Positions 1-11,175 of a stretch of 64,000 nucleotides of DNA are shown one piece after another. This DNA comes from Escherichia coli (GTDB lineage: Bacteria > Pseudomonadota > Gammaproteobacteria > Enterobacterales > Enterobacteriaceae). The stretch lies in assembly GCF_045037415.1 (NCBI RefSeq), contig NZ_CP173438.1, one strand, 5' to 3'. Position 1 is the stretch's first letter, and the number at the start of each line of letters is the position of its first letter. Position numbers and translations under genes: made by a program. Below the pieces are notes generated by a model. It made no database searches and was not told the DNA's origin. It saw only the letters and a list, made by a program, of their open reading frames with translations.

Positions 1-50
1 ATCTGCCGTTTTTTGGCGCTTTTGCCCTGCTGACTTTTGAGGAAATCCAC

Positions 51-386
51 ATGTCATTACCACACTGCCCAAAATGCAACTCCGAATACACCTACGAAGA
101 TAACGGCATGTACATCTGCCCGGAATGTGCCTACGAATGGAACGACGCAGAACCTGCACAGGAAAGCGACGAGCTGATCGTTAAAGATGCTAACGGCAAT
201 CTGCTGGCTGACGGCGACAGCGTTACCATCATTAAAGATCTGAAAGTGAAAGGTAGCTCTTCGATGCTGAAAATTGGCACCAAAGTAAAAAACATCCGCC
301 TGGTTGAAGGCGACCATAACATCGATTGCAAAATCGACGGTTTTGGTCCGATGAAACTGAAGTCTGAGTTTGTGAAAAAGAACTGA
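51..386 (+). CDS. phnA: PhnA, alkylphosphonate-utilization zinc-ribbon protein (111 aa)
   Basis: Complete ORF, ATG at 51 preceded by GAGG; translation [30 protein letters not shown] with paired CxxC motifs typical of PhnA. Confidence 0.93.
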
Positions 387-400
387 TTGTATTGTGATCG

Positions 401-480
401 GTAGGCCGGATAAGGCGCTCGCGCCGCATCCGGCAACGGTGGCGACTGCCTGATGCGACGCTGACCGCGTCTTATCAGGC
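401..480. repeat. REP (repetitive extragenic palindromic) element
   Basis: GCCGGATAAGGCG...CGCCGCATCCGGC and GCCTGATGCGACGCTG...CGTCTTATCAGGC palindromic units directly after the phnA stop. Confidence 0.8.
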
Positions 481-545
481 TTCCCTCTCATCTGTATAAA
501 TTTCGAACTACACTTAACTGGCTTCTCTTAACTGAGGTCACCATC

Positions 546-989
546 ATGCCGTTAAGTCCCTACCTCTCTTTTGCCGGTAACTGTTCCGACGCGATTGCCT
601 ATTATCAACGTACGTTGGGCGCGGAACTGCTCTATAAAATCAGCTTCGGCGAAATGCCAAAATCAACGCAGGACAGCGCCGAGAACTGCCCTTCCGGAAT
701 GCAATTTCCCGATACCGCCATCGCCCACGCCAATGTGCGCATTGCAGGAAGCGACATCATGATGAGCGATGCTATACCGTCAGGAAAAGCCAGCTACTCC
801 GGCTTTACGCTGGTGCTCGATTCTCAACAGGTGGAAGAAGGAAAACGCTGGTTTGATAACCTTGCCGCCAACGGAAAAATCGAAATGGCCTGGCAGGAAA
901 CGTTCTGGGCGCATGGCTTTGGCAAAGTCACCGATAAATTTGGCGTACCGTGGATGATTAATGTCATCAAACAACAGCCAACGCAATAA
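546..989 (+). CDS. phnB: PhnB, glyoxalase/VOC-family protein (147 aa)
   Basis: Complete ORF with GAGG RBS; translation MPLSPYLSFAGNCSDAIAYYQRTLGAELLYK matches PhnB as recalled. Confidence 0.9.
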   Translation: MPLSPYLSFAGNCSDAIAYYQRTLGAELLYKISFGEMPKSTQDSAENCPSGMQFPDTAIAHANVRIAGSDIMMSDAIPSGKASYSGFTLVLDSQQVEEGKRWFDNLAANGKIEMAWQETFWAHGFGKVTDKFGVPWMINVIKQQPTQ

Positions 990-994
990 CCCGC

Positions 995-1013
995 CGGGAG
1001 GCCCGCCCTCCCG
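995..1013 (+). terminator. GC-rich hairpin downstream of phnB (weak intrinsic terminator candidate)
   Basis: CGGGAGG-cccgc-CCTCCCG inverted repeat right after the phnB stop; no clear T-tract. Confidence 0.35.
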
Positions 1014-1044
1014 CACTGTCATCGAATTCCCGTTAACTCTTCAT

Positions 1045-1085
1045 CTGTTAGTCACTTTTAATTAACCAAATCGTCACAATAATCC
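1045..1085 (+). promoter_or_regulatory. Pho box (PhoB binding repeats) of the phnC promoter
   Basis: CTGTTAG-TCAC-TTTTAAT-TAAC-CAAATCG-TCAC-AATAATC: 7-bp repeats with 4-bp spacers about 40-75 bp upstream of the phnC ATG; recalled as the phn Pho box. Confidence 0.55.
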
Positions 1086-1121
1086 GCCACGATGGAGCCA
1101 CTTTTTTAGGGAGGCTGCATC

Positions 1122-1910
1122 ATGCAAACGATTATCCGTGTCGAGAAGCTCGCCAAAACCTTCAATCAGCATCAGGCGCTGCACGCGGTTGATCTGAACA
1201 TTCATCATGGTGAAATGGTGGCTCTGCTTGGGCCGTCGGGTTCCGGAAAATCCACCCTTTTACGTCACTTAAGCGGTTTGATTACCGGCGATAAATCTGT
1301 CGGTAGCCATATCGAGCTGCTGGGCCGCACAGTCCAGCGCGAAGGCCGCCTGGCCCGCGATATCCGCAAAAGCCGCGCCAACACCGGCTACATCTTTCAA
1401 CAATTCAACCTGGTGAATCGCCTGAGCGTACTGGAGAACGTGCTGATTGGCGCGCTCGGCAGCACGCCATTCTGGCGAACCTGTTTTAGCTACTTCACCC
1501 GCGAGCAGAAACAGCGCGCGTTACAGGCGCTGACCCGCGTTGGCATGGTGCACTTTGCCCATCAACGCGTTTCCACACTCTCCGGCGGCCAGCAACAGCG
1601 TGTGGCGATTGCCCGCGCGCTGATGCAGCAGGCGAAGGTCATTCTCGCTGACGAACCCATCGCCTCGCTGGACCCGGAATCGGCACGCATCGTGATGGAC
1701 ACCCTGCGCGACATCAACCAGAACGACGGCATTACCGTGGTCGTCACGCTGCATCAGGTGGATTACGCCCTGCGCTACTGCGAACGCATCGTCGCCCTGC
1801 GCCAGGGGCACGTCTTCTACGACGGCTGCAGCCAACAGTTTGATAACGAACGTTTTGACCATCTCTACCGCAGCATTAACCGCGTCGAAGAGAACGCGAA
1901 AGCTGCCTGA
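1122..1910 (+). CDS. phnC: PhnC, phosphonate ABC transporter ATP-binding protein (262 aa)
   Basis: Walker [13 protein letters not shown] signature LSGGQQQR, Walker B ILADEP; AGGGAGG RBS. Confidence 0.95.
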   Translation: MQTIIRVEKLAKTFNQHQALHAVDLNIHHGEMVALLGPSGSGKSTLLRHLSGLITGDKSVGSHIELLGRTVQREGRLARDIRKSRANTGYIFQQFNLVNRLSVLENVLIGALGSTPFWRTCFSYFTREQKQRALQALTRVGMVHFAHQRVSTLSGGQQQRVAIARALMQQAKVILADEPIASLDPESARIVMDTLRDINQNDGITVVVTLHQVDYALRYCERIVALRQGHVFYDGCSQQFDNERFDHLYRSINRVEENAKAA

Positions 1911-1934
1911 CATCCCCATCATTGAGGAAAACGA

Positions 1935-2951
1935 ATGAACGCTAAGATAATTGCCTCGCTGGCCTTCACCAGCATGTTCAGCCTCAGCACCCTGTTAAAT
2001 CCGGCATACGCCGAAGAGCAGGAAAAGGCGCTGAATTTCGGCATTATTTCAACGGAATCACAGCAAAACCTGAAACCGCAATGGACGCCGTTCTTACAGG
2101 ATATGGAGAAGAAGCTGGGCGTAAAGGTCAACGCCTTCTTTGCCCCGGACTACGCGGGCATTATCCAGGGGATGCGCTTCAATAAAGTGGATATCGCCTG
2201 GTACGGCAACCTGTCGGCGATGGAAGCGGTGGATCGCGCCAACGGTCAGGTCTTCGCCCAGACGGTCGCGGCGGATGGATCGCCGGGTTACTGGAGCGTG
2301 TTGATCGTCAACAAAGATAGCCCGATCAACAACCTGAACGATCTGCTGGCGAAGCGGAAAGATCTCACCTTCGGCAATGGCGATCCTAACTCTACCTCCG
2401 GCTTCCTCGTCCCCGGTTACTACGTCTTCGCTAAAAACAATATCTCCGCCAGCGACTTTAAGCGCACCGTCAACGCCGGGCATGAAACCAACGCCCTCGC
2501 CGTCGCTAACAAGCAAGTGGATGTCGCCACCAACAACACCGAAAACCTCGACAAGCTGAAAACCTCCGCGCCGGAGAAGCTGAAAGAACTGAAGGTGATC
2601 TGGAAATCACCGCTGATCCCTGGCGATCCGATCGTCTGGCGCAAAAATCTTTCCGAAACCACTAAAGACAAGATCTACGACTTCTTTATGAATTACGGCA
2701 AAACGCCGGAAGAGAAAGCGGTGCTGGAGCGCCTGGGCTGGGCGCCGTTCCGCGCCTCCAGCGACTTGCAACTGGTGCCGATTCGCCAGCTCGCACTGTT
2801 TAAAGAGATGCAAAGCGTGAAGGACAACAAAGGGCTGAACGAACAGGACAAGCTGGCAAAAACCACCGCCATTCAGGCGCAACTGGATGATTTGGACCGC
2901 CTGAACAACGCGTTAAGCGCAATGAGTTCGGTGAGTAAAGCGGTGCAGTAA
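1935..2951 (+). CDS. phnD: PhnD, periplasmic phosphonate-binding protein (338 aa)
   Basis: N-terminal signal peptide [26 protein letters not shown]; follows phnC by 24 bp. Confidence 0.95.
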   Translation: MNAKIIASLAFTSMFSLSTLLNPAYAEEQEKALNFGIISTESQQNLKPQWTPFLQDMEKKLGVKVNAFFAPDYAGIIQGMRFNKVDIAWYGNLSAMEAVDRANGQVFAQTVAADGSPGYWSVLIVNKDSPINNLNDLLAKRKDLTFGNGDPNSTSGFLVPGYYVFAKNNISASDFKRTVNAGHETNALAVANKQVDVATNNTENLDKLKTSAPEKLKELKVIWKSPLIPGDPIVWRKNLSETTKDKIYDFFMNYGKTPEEKAVLERLGWAPFRASSDLQLVPIRQLALFKEMQSVKDNKGLNEQDKLAKTTAIQAQLDDLDRLNNALSAMSSVSKAVQ

Positions 2952-2955
2952 ATCG

Positions 2956-3040
2956 TAGGTCGGATAAGACGCCCGGCGTCGCATCCGACAATGTGCAGAC
3001 GTTGATGCCGGATGCGGTGCAAGCACCTTATCCGGCCTAC
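2956..3040. repeat. REP element pair between phnD and phnE
   Basis: GTAGGTCGGATAAGACGCCCGGCGTCGCATCCGACA and TGCCGGATGCGGTGCAAGCACCTTATCCGGCCTAC palindromes. Confidence 0.8.
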
Positions 3041-3055
3041 AGACCGGAGCCAAAC

Positions 3056-3835
3056 ATGCAAACCATCACCATCGCCCCACCCAAGCGCAGCTGGTTCTCG
3101 CTTCTGAGCTGGGCCGTTGTTATCGCCGTGCTGGTCGTCTCGTGGCAGGGCGCGGAAATGGCCCCGCTTACGCTGATTAAAGATGGCGGCAACATGGCGA
3201 CGTTCGCCGCCGACTTCTTCCCGCCCGATTTCAGCCAGTGGCAGGATTACCTCACCGAAATGGCCGTCACGCTGCAAATCGCCGTCTGGGGCACCGCGCT
3301 GGCGGTGGTTCTCTCCATCCCCTTCGGCCTGATGAGCGCTGAAAACCTGGTACCGTGGTGGGTCTACCAACCTGTACGCCGCCTGATGGACGCCTGCCGC
3401 GCCATTAACGAAATGGTCTTCGCCATGCTGTTCGTGGTCGCCGTCGGCCTCGGCCCGTTCGCTGGCGTGCTGGCGCTGTTTATCCACACCACCGGCGTGC
3501 TCTCCAAGCTGCTTTCCGAAGCGGTGGAAGCGATCGAACCCGGCCCGGTGGAGGGCATTCGCGCCACCGGTGCCAACAAGCTGGAAGAGATCCTTTACGG
3601 CGTACTACCGCAGGTCATGCCGCTGCTGATTTCCTACTCTCTCTATCGCTTCGAATCCAACGTCCGCTCGGCGACCGTCGTCGGTATGGTTGGCGCGGGC
3701 GGGATCGGCGTCACGCTGTGGGAAGCGATTCGCGGTTTCCAGTTCCAGCAAACCTGCGCCCTGATGGTGCTCATCATCGTCACGGTCAGCCTGCTGGATT
3801 TCCTCTCTCAACGGTTGCGTAAGCACTTTATCTGA
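3056..3835 (+). CDS. phnE: PhnE, phosphonate ABC transporter permease, intact reading frame (259 aa)
   Basis: ATG at 3056 with GGAG RBS (the longer six-frame ORF from 2993 starts inside the REP); multi-TM permease translation [19 protein letters not shown]...; uninterrupted, unlike the K-12 pseudogene as recalled. Confidence 0.88.
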   Translation: MQTITIAPPKRSWFSLLSWAVVIAVLVVSWQGAEMAPLTLIKDGGNMATFAADFFPPDFSQWQDYLTEMAVTLQIAVWGTALAVVLSIPFGLMSAENLVPWWVYQPVRRLMDACRAINEMVFAMLFVVAVGLGPFAGVLALFIHTTGVLSKLLSEAVEAIEPGPVEGIRATGANKLEEILYGVLPQVMPLLISYSLYRFESNVRSATVVGMVGAGGIGVTLWEAIRGFQFQQTCALMVLIIVTVSLLDFLSQRLRKHFI

Positions 3836-3855
3836 TAAGCGAGGCATTGATATCT

Positions 3856-4581
3856 ATGCACTTGTCTACACATCCGACCAGCTACCCAACACGCTATCAG
3901 GAGATAGCCGCAAAACTTGAGCAGGAGCTTCGTCAACACTACCGCTGCGGCGACTATCTTCCCGCCGAGCAGCAACTGGCGGCGCGCTTTGAGGTGAACC
4001 GCCACACCCTGCGCCGCGCCATCGACCAACTGGTGGAAAAAGGCTGGGTACAGCGCCGTCAGGGCGTCGGCGTACTGGTGCTGATGCGCCCGTTCGATTA
4101 CCCGCTCAACGCCCAGGCGCGTTTTAGCCAGAACCTGCTGGACCAGGGCAGCCATCCCACCAGCGAAAAATTGCTATCGGTGCTGCGCCCCGCCTCCGGT
4201 CACGTCGCTGACGCGCTGGGGATAACCGAGGGGGAGAACGTCATCCACCTGCGCACCCTGCGTCGGGTCAACGGCGTCGCGCTCTGTTTAATCGACCACT
4301 ACTTTGCGGACCTCACCCTCTGGCCGACGCTGCAACGTTTCGACAGCGGTTCGCTGCACGATTTTCTGCGCGAGCAAACGGGGATTACGCTACGACGCAG
4401 TCAGACGCGGATCAGCGCCCGTCGCGCCCAGGCCAAAGAGTGCCAGCGTCTTGAAATCCCGAATCTGTCGCCGCTGCTGTGCGTGCGCACCCTTAACCAC
4501 CGTGACGGTGAAAGCAGCCCGGCGGAGTACTCCGTCAGCCTGACGCGCGCCGACATGATTGAATTCACTATGGAGCACTGA
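3856..4581 (+). CDS. phnF: PhnF, GntR-family transcriptional regulator of the phn operon (241 aa)
   Basis: ATG at 3856 (track ORF begins at an upstream TTG); MHLSTHPTSYPTRYQEIAAKLEQELRQ... N-terminal HTH. Confidence 0.9.
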   Translation: MHLSTHPTSYPTRYQEIAAKLEQELRQHYRCGDYLPAEQQLAARFEVNRHTLRRAIDQLVEKGWVQRRQGVGVLVLMRPFDYPLNAQARFSQNLLDQGSHPTSEKLLSVLRPASGHVADALGITEGENVIHLRTLRRVNGVALCLIDHYFADLTLWPTLQRFDSGSLHDFLREQTGITLRRSQTRISARRAQAKECQRLEIPNLSPLLCVRTLNHRDGESSPAEYSVSLTRADMIEFTMEH

Positions 4582-5034
4582 ATGCACGCAGATACCGCGA
4601 CCCGCCAGCACTGGATGTCCGTGCTGGCGCACAGCCAACCGGCTGAACTGGCAGCCCGCCTGAACGCGCTGAACATCAACGCCGATTATGAGGTGATCCG
4701 CGCCGCTGAAACTGGCCTGGTGCAGATTCAGGCGCGAATGGGCGGCACCGGCGAACGCTTTTTTGCTGGCGACGCCACGCTCACCCGCGCCGCCGTGCGT
4801 CTGACTGACGGCACGCTCGGCTATAGCTGGGTGCTGGGGCGCGACAAACAGCACGCCGAACGTTGTGCGCTGATTGATGCGCTGATGCAGCAAAACCGCC
4901 ACTTTCAAAACTTATCAGAAACCCTTATCGCCCCGCTGGACGCTGACCGTATGGCACGCATTGCCGCGCGCCAGGCCGAAGTGAACGCCAGCCGGGTCGA
5001 CTTCTTTACGATGGTTCGCGGAGACAACGCATGA
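4582..5034 (+). CDS. phnG: PhnG, C-P lyase core complex subunit (150 aa)
   Basis: Start abuts the phnF stop; length and sequence match PhnG as recalled. Confidence 0.92.
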   Translation: MHADTATRQHWMSVLAHSQPAELAARLNALNINADYEVIRAAETGLVQIQARMGGTGERFFAGDATLTRAAVRLTDGTLGYSWVLGRDKQHAERCALIDALMQQNRHFQNLSETLIAPLDADRMARIAARQAEVNASRVDFFTMVRGDNA

Positions 5035-5615
5035 CCCTGGAAACCGCTTTTATGCTTCCCGTGCAGGATGCCCAGCACAGTTTTCGTCGCCTGTTAAAGG
5101 CCATGAGCGAGCCGGGCGTGATTGTCGCCCTGCATCAGCTCAAGCGCGGCTGGCAGCCGCTGAATATCGCCACCACCAGCGTGCTGCTGACGCTGGCCGA
5201 TAACGACACGCCGGTGTGGCTTGCCGCGCCATTGAGCAACGATATCGTCAATCAGAGCCTGCGTTTTCATACCAACGCGTCGCTGGTTAATCAGCCGGAA
5301 CAGGCGACCTTCGCGGTAACAGATGAGGCGATCTCCAGCGAGCAGCTCAACGCCCTTTCCACCGGCACTGCCGTTGCACCAGAAGCGGGCGCAACGCTGA
5401 TTTTACAGGTCACCAGCCTGAGCGGCGGGCGTATGTTGCGCCTCACCGGCGCAGGTATTGCCGAAGAACGGATGATCGCCCCGCAACTGCCAAAGTGCAT
5501 TCTTCATGAACTTACCGAGCGCCCGCACCCGTTCCCGCTCGGCATCGACCTGATCCTGACCTGCGGCGAGCGCCTGCTGGCTATTCCGCGAACCACTCAT
5601 GTGGAGGTGTGCTGA
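5031..5615 (+). CDS. phnH: PhnH, C-P lyase core complex subunit (194 aa)
   Basis: ATGA overlap with phnG; operon context. Confidence 0.92.
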   Translation: MTLETAFMLPVQDAQHSFRRLLKAMSEPGVIVALHQLKRGWQPLNIATTSVLLTLADNDTPVWLAAPLSNDIVNQSLRFHTNASLVNQPEQATFAVTDEAISSEQLNALSTGTAVAPEAGATLILQVTSLSGGRMLRLTGAGIAEERMIAPQLPKCILHELTERPHPFPLGIDLILTCGERLLAIPRTTHVEVC

Positions 5616-6679
5616 TGTACGTTGCCGTGAAAGGGGGCGAAAAGGCGATCGACGCCGCCCACGCCCTGCAAGAGAGCCGACGCCGGGGCGATACTGATTT
5701 GCCTGAACTGAGCGTCGCCCAGATTGAACAGCAGCTTAACCTCGCGGTAGATCGCGTGATGACCGAAGGCGGTATTGCCGACCGCGAGCTGGCCGCGCTG
5801 GCGCTGAAACAGGCCAGCGGCGATAACGTCGAAGCGATTTTTCTGTTGCGCGCCTACCGCACCACGCTGGCGAAGCTGGCGGTCAGTGAGCCGCTCGACA
5901 CCACCGGGATGCGTCTCGAACGGCGTATTTCAGCAATTTATAAAGACATTCCCGGCGGCCAACTGCTTGGCCCCACCTACGACTACACCCATCGCCTGCT
6001 CGATTTCACCCTGCTGGCAAACGGCGAAACGCCAACGCTGACCACCGCTGACAGCGAACAGCAACCGTCGCCACACGTCTTCAGCCTGCTGGCGCGTCAG
6101 GGGCTGGCGAAGTTTGAAGAAGATAGCGGCGCACAACCGGACGACATCACCCGCACGCCGCCGGTTTATCCCTGTTCGCGTTCTTCCCGTCTACAACAAT
6201 TAATGCGCGGTGACGAAGGCTATTTGTTGGCGCTGGCCTACTCCACCCAACGCGGTTACGGGCGCAATCACCCGTTCGCAGGCGAAATTCGCAGTGGCTA
6301 TATCGATATATTTATTGTGCCGGAAGAGCTGGGATTTGCGGTGAACGTCGGCGAATTGTTGATGACCGAGTGTGAAATGGTCAACGGTTTTATCGACCCG
6401 CCGGATGAACCACCGCATTTTACACGCGGCTATGGGCTGGTGTTCGGCATGAGCGAGCGCAAAGCAATGGCGATGGCGCTGGTTGACCGTGCGTTGCAGG
6501 CACCGGAATACGGCGAGCACGCAACAGGTCCGGCACAGGATGAAGAGTTCGTGCTGGCCCATGCCGACAACGTCGAAGCCGCAGGCTTTGTTTCGCATCT
6601 CAAACTCCCGCACTACGTCGATTTCCAGGCCGAACTGGAGCTACTCAAACGTCTGCAACAGGAGCAGAACCATGGCTAA
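5615..6679 (+). CDS. phnI: PhnI, ribosyl-transferring C-P lyase subunit (354 aa)
   Basis: ATG at 5615 giving [13 protein letters not shown]...; track ORF starts at an upstream GTG. Confidence 0.92.
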   Translation: MYVAVKGGEKAIDAAHALQESRRRGDTDLPELSVAQIEQQLNLAVDRVMTEGGIADRELAALALKQASGDNVEAIFLLRAYRTTLAKLAVSEPLDTTGMRLERRISAIYKDIPGGQLLGPTYDYTHRLLDFTLLANGETPTLTTADSEQQPSPHVFSLLARQGLAKFEEDSGAQPDDITRTPPVYPCSRSSRLQQLMRGDEGYLLALAYSTQRGYGRNHPFAGEIRSGYIDIFIVPEELGFAVNVGELLMTECEMVNGFIDPPDEPPHFTRGYGLVFGMSERKAMAMALVDRALQAPEYGEHATGPAQDEEFVLAHADNVEAAGFVSHLKLPHYVDFQAELELLKRLQQEQNHG

Positions 6680-7517
6680 TCTGAGCGGCTACAACTTTGC
6701 TTACCTCGACGAGCAGACCAAACGCATGATCCGCCGCGCTATCTTAAAAGCGGTGGCAATCCCCGGTTATCAGGTGCCGTTTGGCGGACGCGAGATGCCG
6801 ATGCCCTACGGCTGGGGAACCGGCGGCATTCAGCTCACCGCCAGCGTGATTGGCGAAAGCGACGTGTTGAAGGTGATTGACCAGGGCGCAGACGACACCA
6901 CCAACGCCGTGTCGATTCGTAACTTCTTTAAGCGCGTGACCGGGGTGAACACCACCGAGCGCACGGACGATGCGACACTTATCCAGACGCGTCACCGCAT
7001 ACCCGAAACGCCGCTGACCGAAGATCAGATAGTTATCTTCCAGGTGCCGATCCCCGAACCGCTGCGCTTTATTGAGCCGCGTGAGACGGAAACGCGCACC
7101 ATGCACGCGCTGGAGGAGTACGGCGTGATGCAGGTGAAGCTGTATGAAGATATCGCCCGCTTCGGTCATATCGCCACCACCTACGCCTATCCGGTGAAGG
7201 TGAACGGGCGCTACGTGATGGACCCGTCGCCGATCCCGAAATTCGATAACCCGAAAATGGACATGATGCCCGCCCTGCAACTGTTTGGCGCGGGGCGCGA
7301 GAAGCGCATCTATGCCGTGCCACCGTTTACCCGCGTGGAAAGCCTCGATTTCGATGATCATCCGTTCACCGTCCAGCAGTGGGATGAACCATGCGCCATC
7401 TGCGGATCGACCCACAGCTATCTTGATGAAGTGGTGCTGGATGACGCCGGAAACCGCATGTTTGTCTGCTCCGATACCGATTATTGCCGCCAACAGAGCG
7501 AGGCCAAAAGCCAATGA
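6672..7517 (+). CDS. phnJ: PhnJ, C-P bond-cleaving radical SAM-like subunit (281 aa)
   Basis: ATG at 6672 overlapping the phnI stop; MANLSGYNFAYLDEQTKRMIRRAILKAV...; C-terminal CxxCxxC cysteine cluster (CAICGSTHSYLDE...CSDTDYC). Confidence 0.92.
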   Translation: MANLSGYNFAYLDEQTKRMIRRAILKAVAIPGYQVPFGGREMPMPYGWGTGGIQLTASVIGESDVLKVIDQGADDTTNAVSIRNFFKRVTGVNTTERTDDATLIQTRHRIPETPLTEDQIVIFQVPIPEPLRFIEPRETETRTMHALEEYGVMQVKLYEDIARFGHIATTYAYPVKVNGRYVMDPSPIPKFDNPKMDMMPALQLFGAGREKRIYAVPPFTRVESLDFDDHPFTVQQWDEPCAICGSTHSYLDEVVLDDAGNRMFVCSDTDYCRQQSEAKSQ

Positions 7518-8272
7518 ATCAACCGTTACTTTCGGTCAATAACCTGACCCACCTTTATGCCCCGGGCAAAGGCTTCAGCGATGTCTCTTTTGATTTATGG
7601 CCGGGAGAAGTTCTGGGCATTGTTGGGGAGTCCGGTTCCGGGAAGACCACGCTACTGAAATCAATTTCCGCCCGCCTGACACCACAGCAAGGGGAAATTC
7701 GCTACGAGAACCGTTCGCTGTACGCGATGAGCGAGGCCGACCGCCGTCGCCTGCTGCGCACCGAATGGGGTGTGGTGCATCAGCATCCGCTTGACGGCCT
7801 GCGCCGCCAGGTGTCGGCAGGCGGCAATATCGGCGAACGGTTGATGGCAACCGGAGCGCGTCATTACGGCGATATTCGCGCCACCGCGCAGAAATGGCTG
7901 GAAGAGGTGGAGATTCCCGCCAACCGGATCGACGACCTGCCGACCACCTTTTCCGGCGGCATGCAGCAACGTTTGCAGATTGCCCGCAACCTGGTGACGC
8001 ATCCGAAGCTGGTGTTTATGGATGAACCCACTGGCGGGCTGGATGTGTCGGTACAGGCGCGCCTGCTGGACCTGCTCCGCGGTCTGGTGATGGAGCTTAA
8101 CCTGGCGGTAGTGATTGTCACCCACGATTTAGGCGTCGCCCGTCTGCTGGCGGACCGTTTGCTGGTAATGAAGCAAGGGAAAGTGGTGGAGAGTGGGTTA
8201 ACCGACCGCGTGCTCGACGACCCGCACCATCCGTATACCCAGTTGCTGGTGTCATCGGTTTTGCAGAATTGA
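7514..8272 (+). CDS. phnK: PhnK, ABC-ATPase-like C-P lyase accessory protein (252 aa)
   Basis: Walker [10 protein letters not shown]; ATGA overlap with phnJ. Confidence 0.93.
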   Translation: MNQPLLSVNNLTHLYAPGKGFSDVSFDLWPGEVLGIVGESGSGKTTLLKSISARLTPQQGEIRYENRSLYAMSEADRRRLLRTEWGVVHQHPLDGLRRQVSAGGNIGERLMATGARHYGDIRATAQKWLEEVEIPANRIDDLPTTFSGGMQQRLQIARNLVTHPKLVFMDEPTGGLDVSVQARLLDLLRGLVMELNLAVVIVTHDLGVARLLADRLLVMKQGKVVESGLTDRVLDDPHHPYTQLLVSSVLQN

Positions 8273-8278
8273 GCTGGT

Positions 8279-8361
<83 letters not shown>

Positions 8362-8382
8362 ACCCGAACCACGAGGCGAAAA

Positions 8383-9063
8383 ATGATTAACGTACAAAAC
8401 GTCAGTAAAACCTTCATCCTGCACCAGCAAAACGGCGTGCGCCTGCCTGTATTACAAGGCGCCTCACTCACCGTCAACGCCGGCGAATGCGTGGTACTCC
8501 ACGGCCATTCCGGCAGTGGAAAATCAACTCTGCTACGCTCGCTGTATGCCAACTATCTACCCGACGAAGGGCAAATCCAGATCAAACACGGTGATGAATG
8601 GGTCGACCTGGTCACCGCGCCAGCGCGCAAAGTGGTGGAGATCCGCAAAACCACTGTCGGCTGGGTAAGCCAGTTTCTGCGCGTCATCCCACGTATTTCG
8701 GCACTGGAAGTGGTGATGCAGCCGCTGCTCGATACCGGCGTACCGCGTGAAGCCTGCGCCGCTAAAGCCGCGCGTCTCCTCACCCGCCTGAACGTGCCTG
8801 AACGCCTGTGGCACCTTGCGCCATCGACCTTCTCCGGTGGCGAACAGCAGCGTGTCAACATCGCCCGTGGCTTTATCGTCGACTACCCCATTCTGCTGCT
8901 CGACGAACCTACCGCCTCGCTGGACGCTAAAAACAGCGCCGCCGTAGTGGAACTGATCCGCGAAGCCAAAGCCCGCGGCGCGGCCATCGTCGGTATCTTC
9001 CATGACGAAACCGTACGCGAGCAAGTCGCCGACCGCCTGCACCCAATGGGAGTCTCTTCATGA
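8383..9063 (+). CDS. phnL: PhnL, ABC-ATPase-like C-P lyase accessory protein (226 aa)
   Basis: ATG at 8383; Walker [10 protein letters not shown]; the longer track ORF from 8269 begins inside the REP. Confidence 0.92.
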   Translation: MINVQNVSKTFILHQQNGVRLPVLQGASLTVNAGECVVLHGHSGSGKSTLLRSLYANYLPDEGQIQIKHGDEWVDLVTAPARKVVEIRKTTVGWVSQFLRVIPRISALEVVMQPLLDTGVPREACAAKAARLLTRLNVPERLWHLAPSTFSGGEQQRVNIARGFIVDYPILLLDEPTASLDAKNSAAVVELIREAKARGAAIVGIFHDETVREQVADRLHPMGVSS

Positions 9064-10196
9064 TTATCAATAACGTCAAACTGGTGCTGGAAAACGAGGT
9101 GGTACACGGTTCTCTGGAGATGCAGGACGGCAAAATCCGCGCCTTTGCCGAAAGCCAGAGTCACCTGTCAGAAGCAATGGACGGCGAAGGCGGCTGGCTG
9201 CTACCGGGGCTGATTGAGCTGCATACCGATAATCTGGATAAATTCTTCACCCCGCGCCCGAAAGTTGACTGGCCTGCCCACTCGGCGATGAGCAGCCACG
9301 ACGCGCTGATGGTGGCGAGCGGCATCACCACCGTGCTGGACGCCGTGGCGATTGGTGATGTACGCGACGGCGGCGATCGGCTGGAGAATCTGGAGAAGAT
9401 GATCAACGCCATCGAAGAGACGCAGAAACGCGGCGTCAACCGTGCCGAGCACCGTCTGCACCTACGCTGCGAACTGCCGCATCACACCACGCTGCCGCTG
9501 TTTGAAAAACTGGTCGAGCGAGAACCCGTGACGCTGGTGTCGCTGATGGATCACTCACCGGGCCAGCGCCAGTTCGCCAACCGCGAAAAATATCGTGAAT
9601 ATTATCAGGGCAAATACTCGCTCACCGATGCGCAGATGCAACAGTACGAAGAGGAGCAACTGGCGCTCGCCGCACGCTGGTCACAGCCGAATCGCGAATC
9701 CATCGCCGCAATGTGCCGCGCGCGACACATTGCGCTCGCCAGCCACGATGACGCCACGCACGCCCACGTAGCCCAATCCCATCAGCTTGGCAGCGTGATC
9801 GCCGAATTTCCTACCACATTCGAAGCGGCAGAAGCCTCGCGCAAGCACGGCATGAACGTACTGATGGGCGCGCCGAATATCGTGCGCGGCGGTTCGCACT
9901 CCGGCAACGTGGCGGCCAGTGAACTGGCGCAGCTTGGCCTGCTGGATATCCTCTCTTCCGACTACTACCCCGCCAGCCTGCTGGATGCGGCGTTTCGCGT
10001 GGCCGATGACCAGAGCAACCGCTTTACGCTACCGCAGGCGGTGAGGCTGGTGACCAAAAACCCGGCCCAGGCACTGAATCTCCAGGATCGCGGGGTGATT
10101 GGCGAGGGCAAACGCGCCGACCTGGTGCTGGCGCATCGCAAGGGCAATCACATTCATATTGACCACGTCTGGCGTCAGGGTAAAAGGGTGTTCTGA
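9060..10196 (+). CDS. phnM: PhnM, amidohydrolase-family ribosyl-triphosphate diphosphohydrolase (378 aa)
   Basis: ATGA overlap with phnL; metal-dependent hydrolase-like motifs (LHTD, HD). Confidence 0.92.
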   Translation: MIINNVKLVLENEVVHGSLEMQDGKIRAFAESQSHLSEAMDGEGGWLLPGLIELHTDNLDKFFTPRPKVDWPAHSAMSSHDALMVASGITTVLDAVAIGDVRDGGDRLENLEKMINAIEETQKRGVNRAEHRLHLRCELPHHTTLPLFEKLVEREPVTLVSLMDHSPGQRQFANREKYREYYQGKYSLTDAQMQQYEEEQLALAARWSQPNRESIAAMCRARHIALASHDDATHAHVAQSHQLGSVIAEFPTTFEAAEASRKHGMNVLMGAPNIVRGGSHSGNVAASELAQLGLLDILSSDYYPASLLDAAFRVADDQSNRFTLPQAVRLVTKNPAQALNLQDRGVIGEGKRADLVLAHRKGNHIHIDHVWRQGKRVF

Positions 10197-10753
10197 TGAC
10201 GGGAAAACTGATTTGGTTAATGGGTCCGTCCGGCTCCGGGAAAGACAGCCTGCTGGCGGAACTCCGCCAGCGGGAACAAACCCAGCTACTGGTAGCGCAT
10301 CGCTACATCACGCGTGATGCCAGCGCCGGAAGTGAAAATCATATCGCCTTAAGCGAGCGGGAGTTTTTTACCCGCGCGGGGCAAAATCTGTTGGCCTTGA
10401 GCTGGCATGCTAATGGTTTGTATTACGGTGTCGGCATTGAGATCGACCTCTGGCTGCACGCCGGATTCGACGTCGTGGTTAACGGCTCACGCGCCCACCT
10501 GCCGCAGGCGCGGGCACGTTATCAATCGGCACTGCTGCCCATCTGTTTACAGGTTTCGCCGGAGATCCTGCGCCAGCGCCTGGAAAACCGTGGCCGCGAA
10601 AACGCCAGTGAAATTAACGCCCGGCTGGCGCGCGCCGCCCGCTATACTCCTCAGGATTGTCTTACGCTCAATAATGACGGCAGCCTGCGCCAGTCGGTCG
10701 ACAAGCTGCTGACGCTGATTCATCAGAAGGAGAAACACCATGCCTGCTTGTGA
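10196..10753 (+). CDS. phnN: PhnN, ribose 1,5-bisphosphate phosphokinase (185 aa)
   Basis: P-loop GPSGSGKDS; overlaps the phnM stop. Confidence 0.92.
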
Positions 10754-11174
10754 GCTTCGCCCGGCTACGCAGTACGACACCGACGCAGTTTACGCGCTGA
10801 TTTGTGAGCTAAAACAGGCGGAGTTTGACCACCACGCGTTTCGCGTGGGGTTTAACGCCAATCTGCGCGATCCGAACATGCGCTACCATCTGGCGCTGCT
10901 GGATGGCGAAGTTGTCGGCATGATCGGCCTGCATTTGCAGTTTCATCTGCATCATGTCAACTGGATCGGCGAAATTCAGGAGTTGGTGGTGATGCCGCAG
11001 GCGCGCGGCCTGAACGTCGGTAGCAAGTTGCTGGCGTGGGCAGAAGAAGAAGCCCGCCAGGCCGGGGCCGAAATGACCGAGCTTTCGACCAACGTGAAGC
11101 GCCACGACGCGCACCGTTTCTATCTGCGCGAAGGCTACGAGCAGAGCCATTTCCGCTTCACCAAAGCGCTGTAA
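10740..11174 (+). CDS. phnO: PhnO, aminoalkylphosphonate N-acetyltransferase, GNAT family (144 aa)
   Basis: GNAT-like core; overlaps phnN by 14 nt. Confidence 0.9.
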
Positions 11175-11175
11175 C

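Noticed and set aside
2993-3055. N-terminal extension of phnE ([21 protein letters not shown]...)
   Set aside because: The extension is a translated REP element; the ATG at 3056 has a GGAG RBS and gives the expected permease N-terminus.
6483-6671. Long N-terminal extension of the phnJ ORF overlapping phnI
   Set aside because: It lies in another frame of phnI coding sequence; the ATG at 6672 overlapping the phnI stop gives the expected 281-aa PhnJ.
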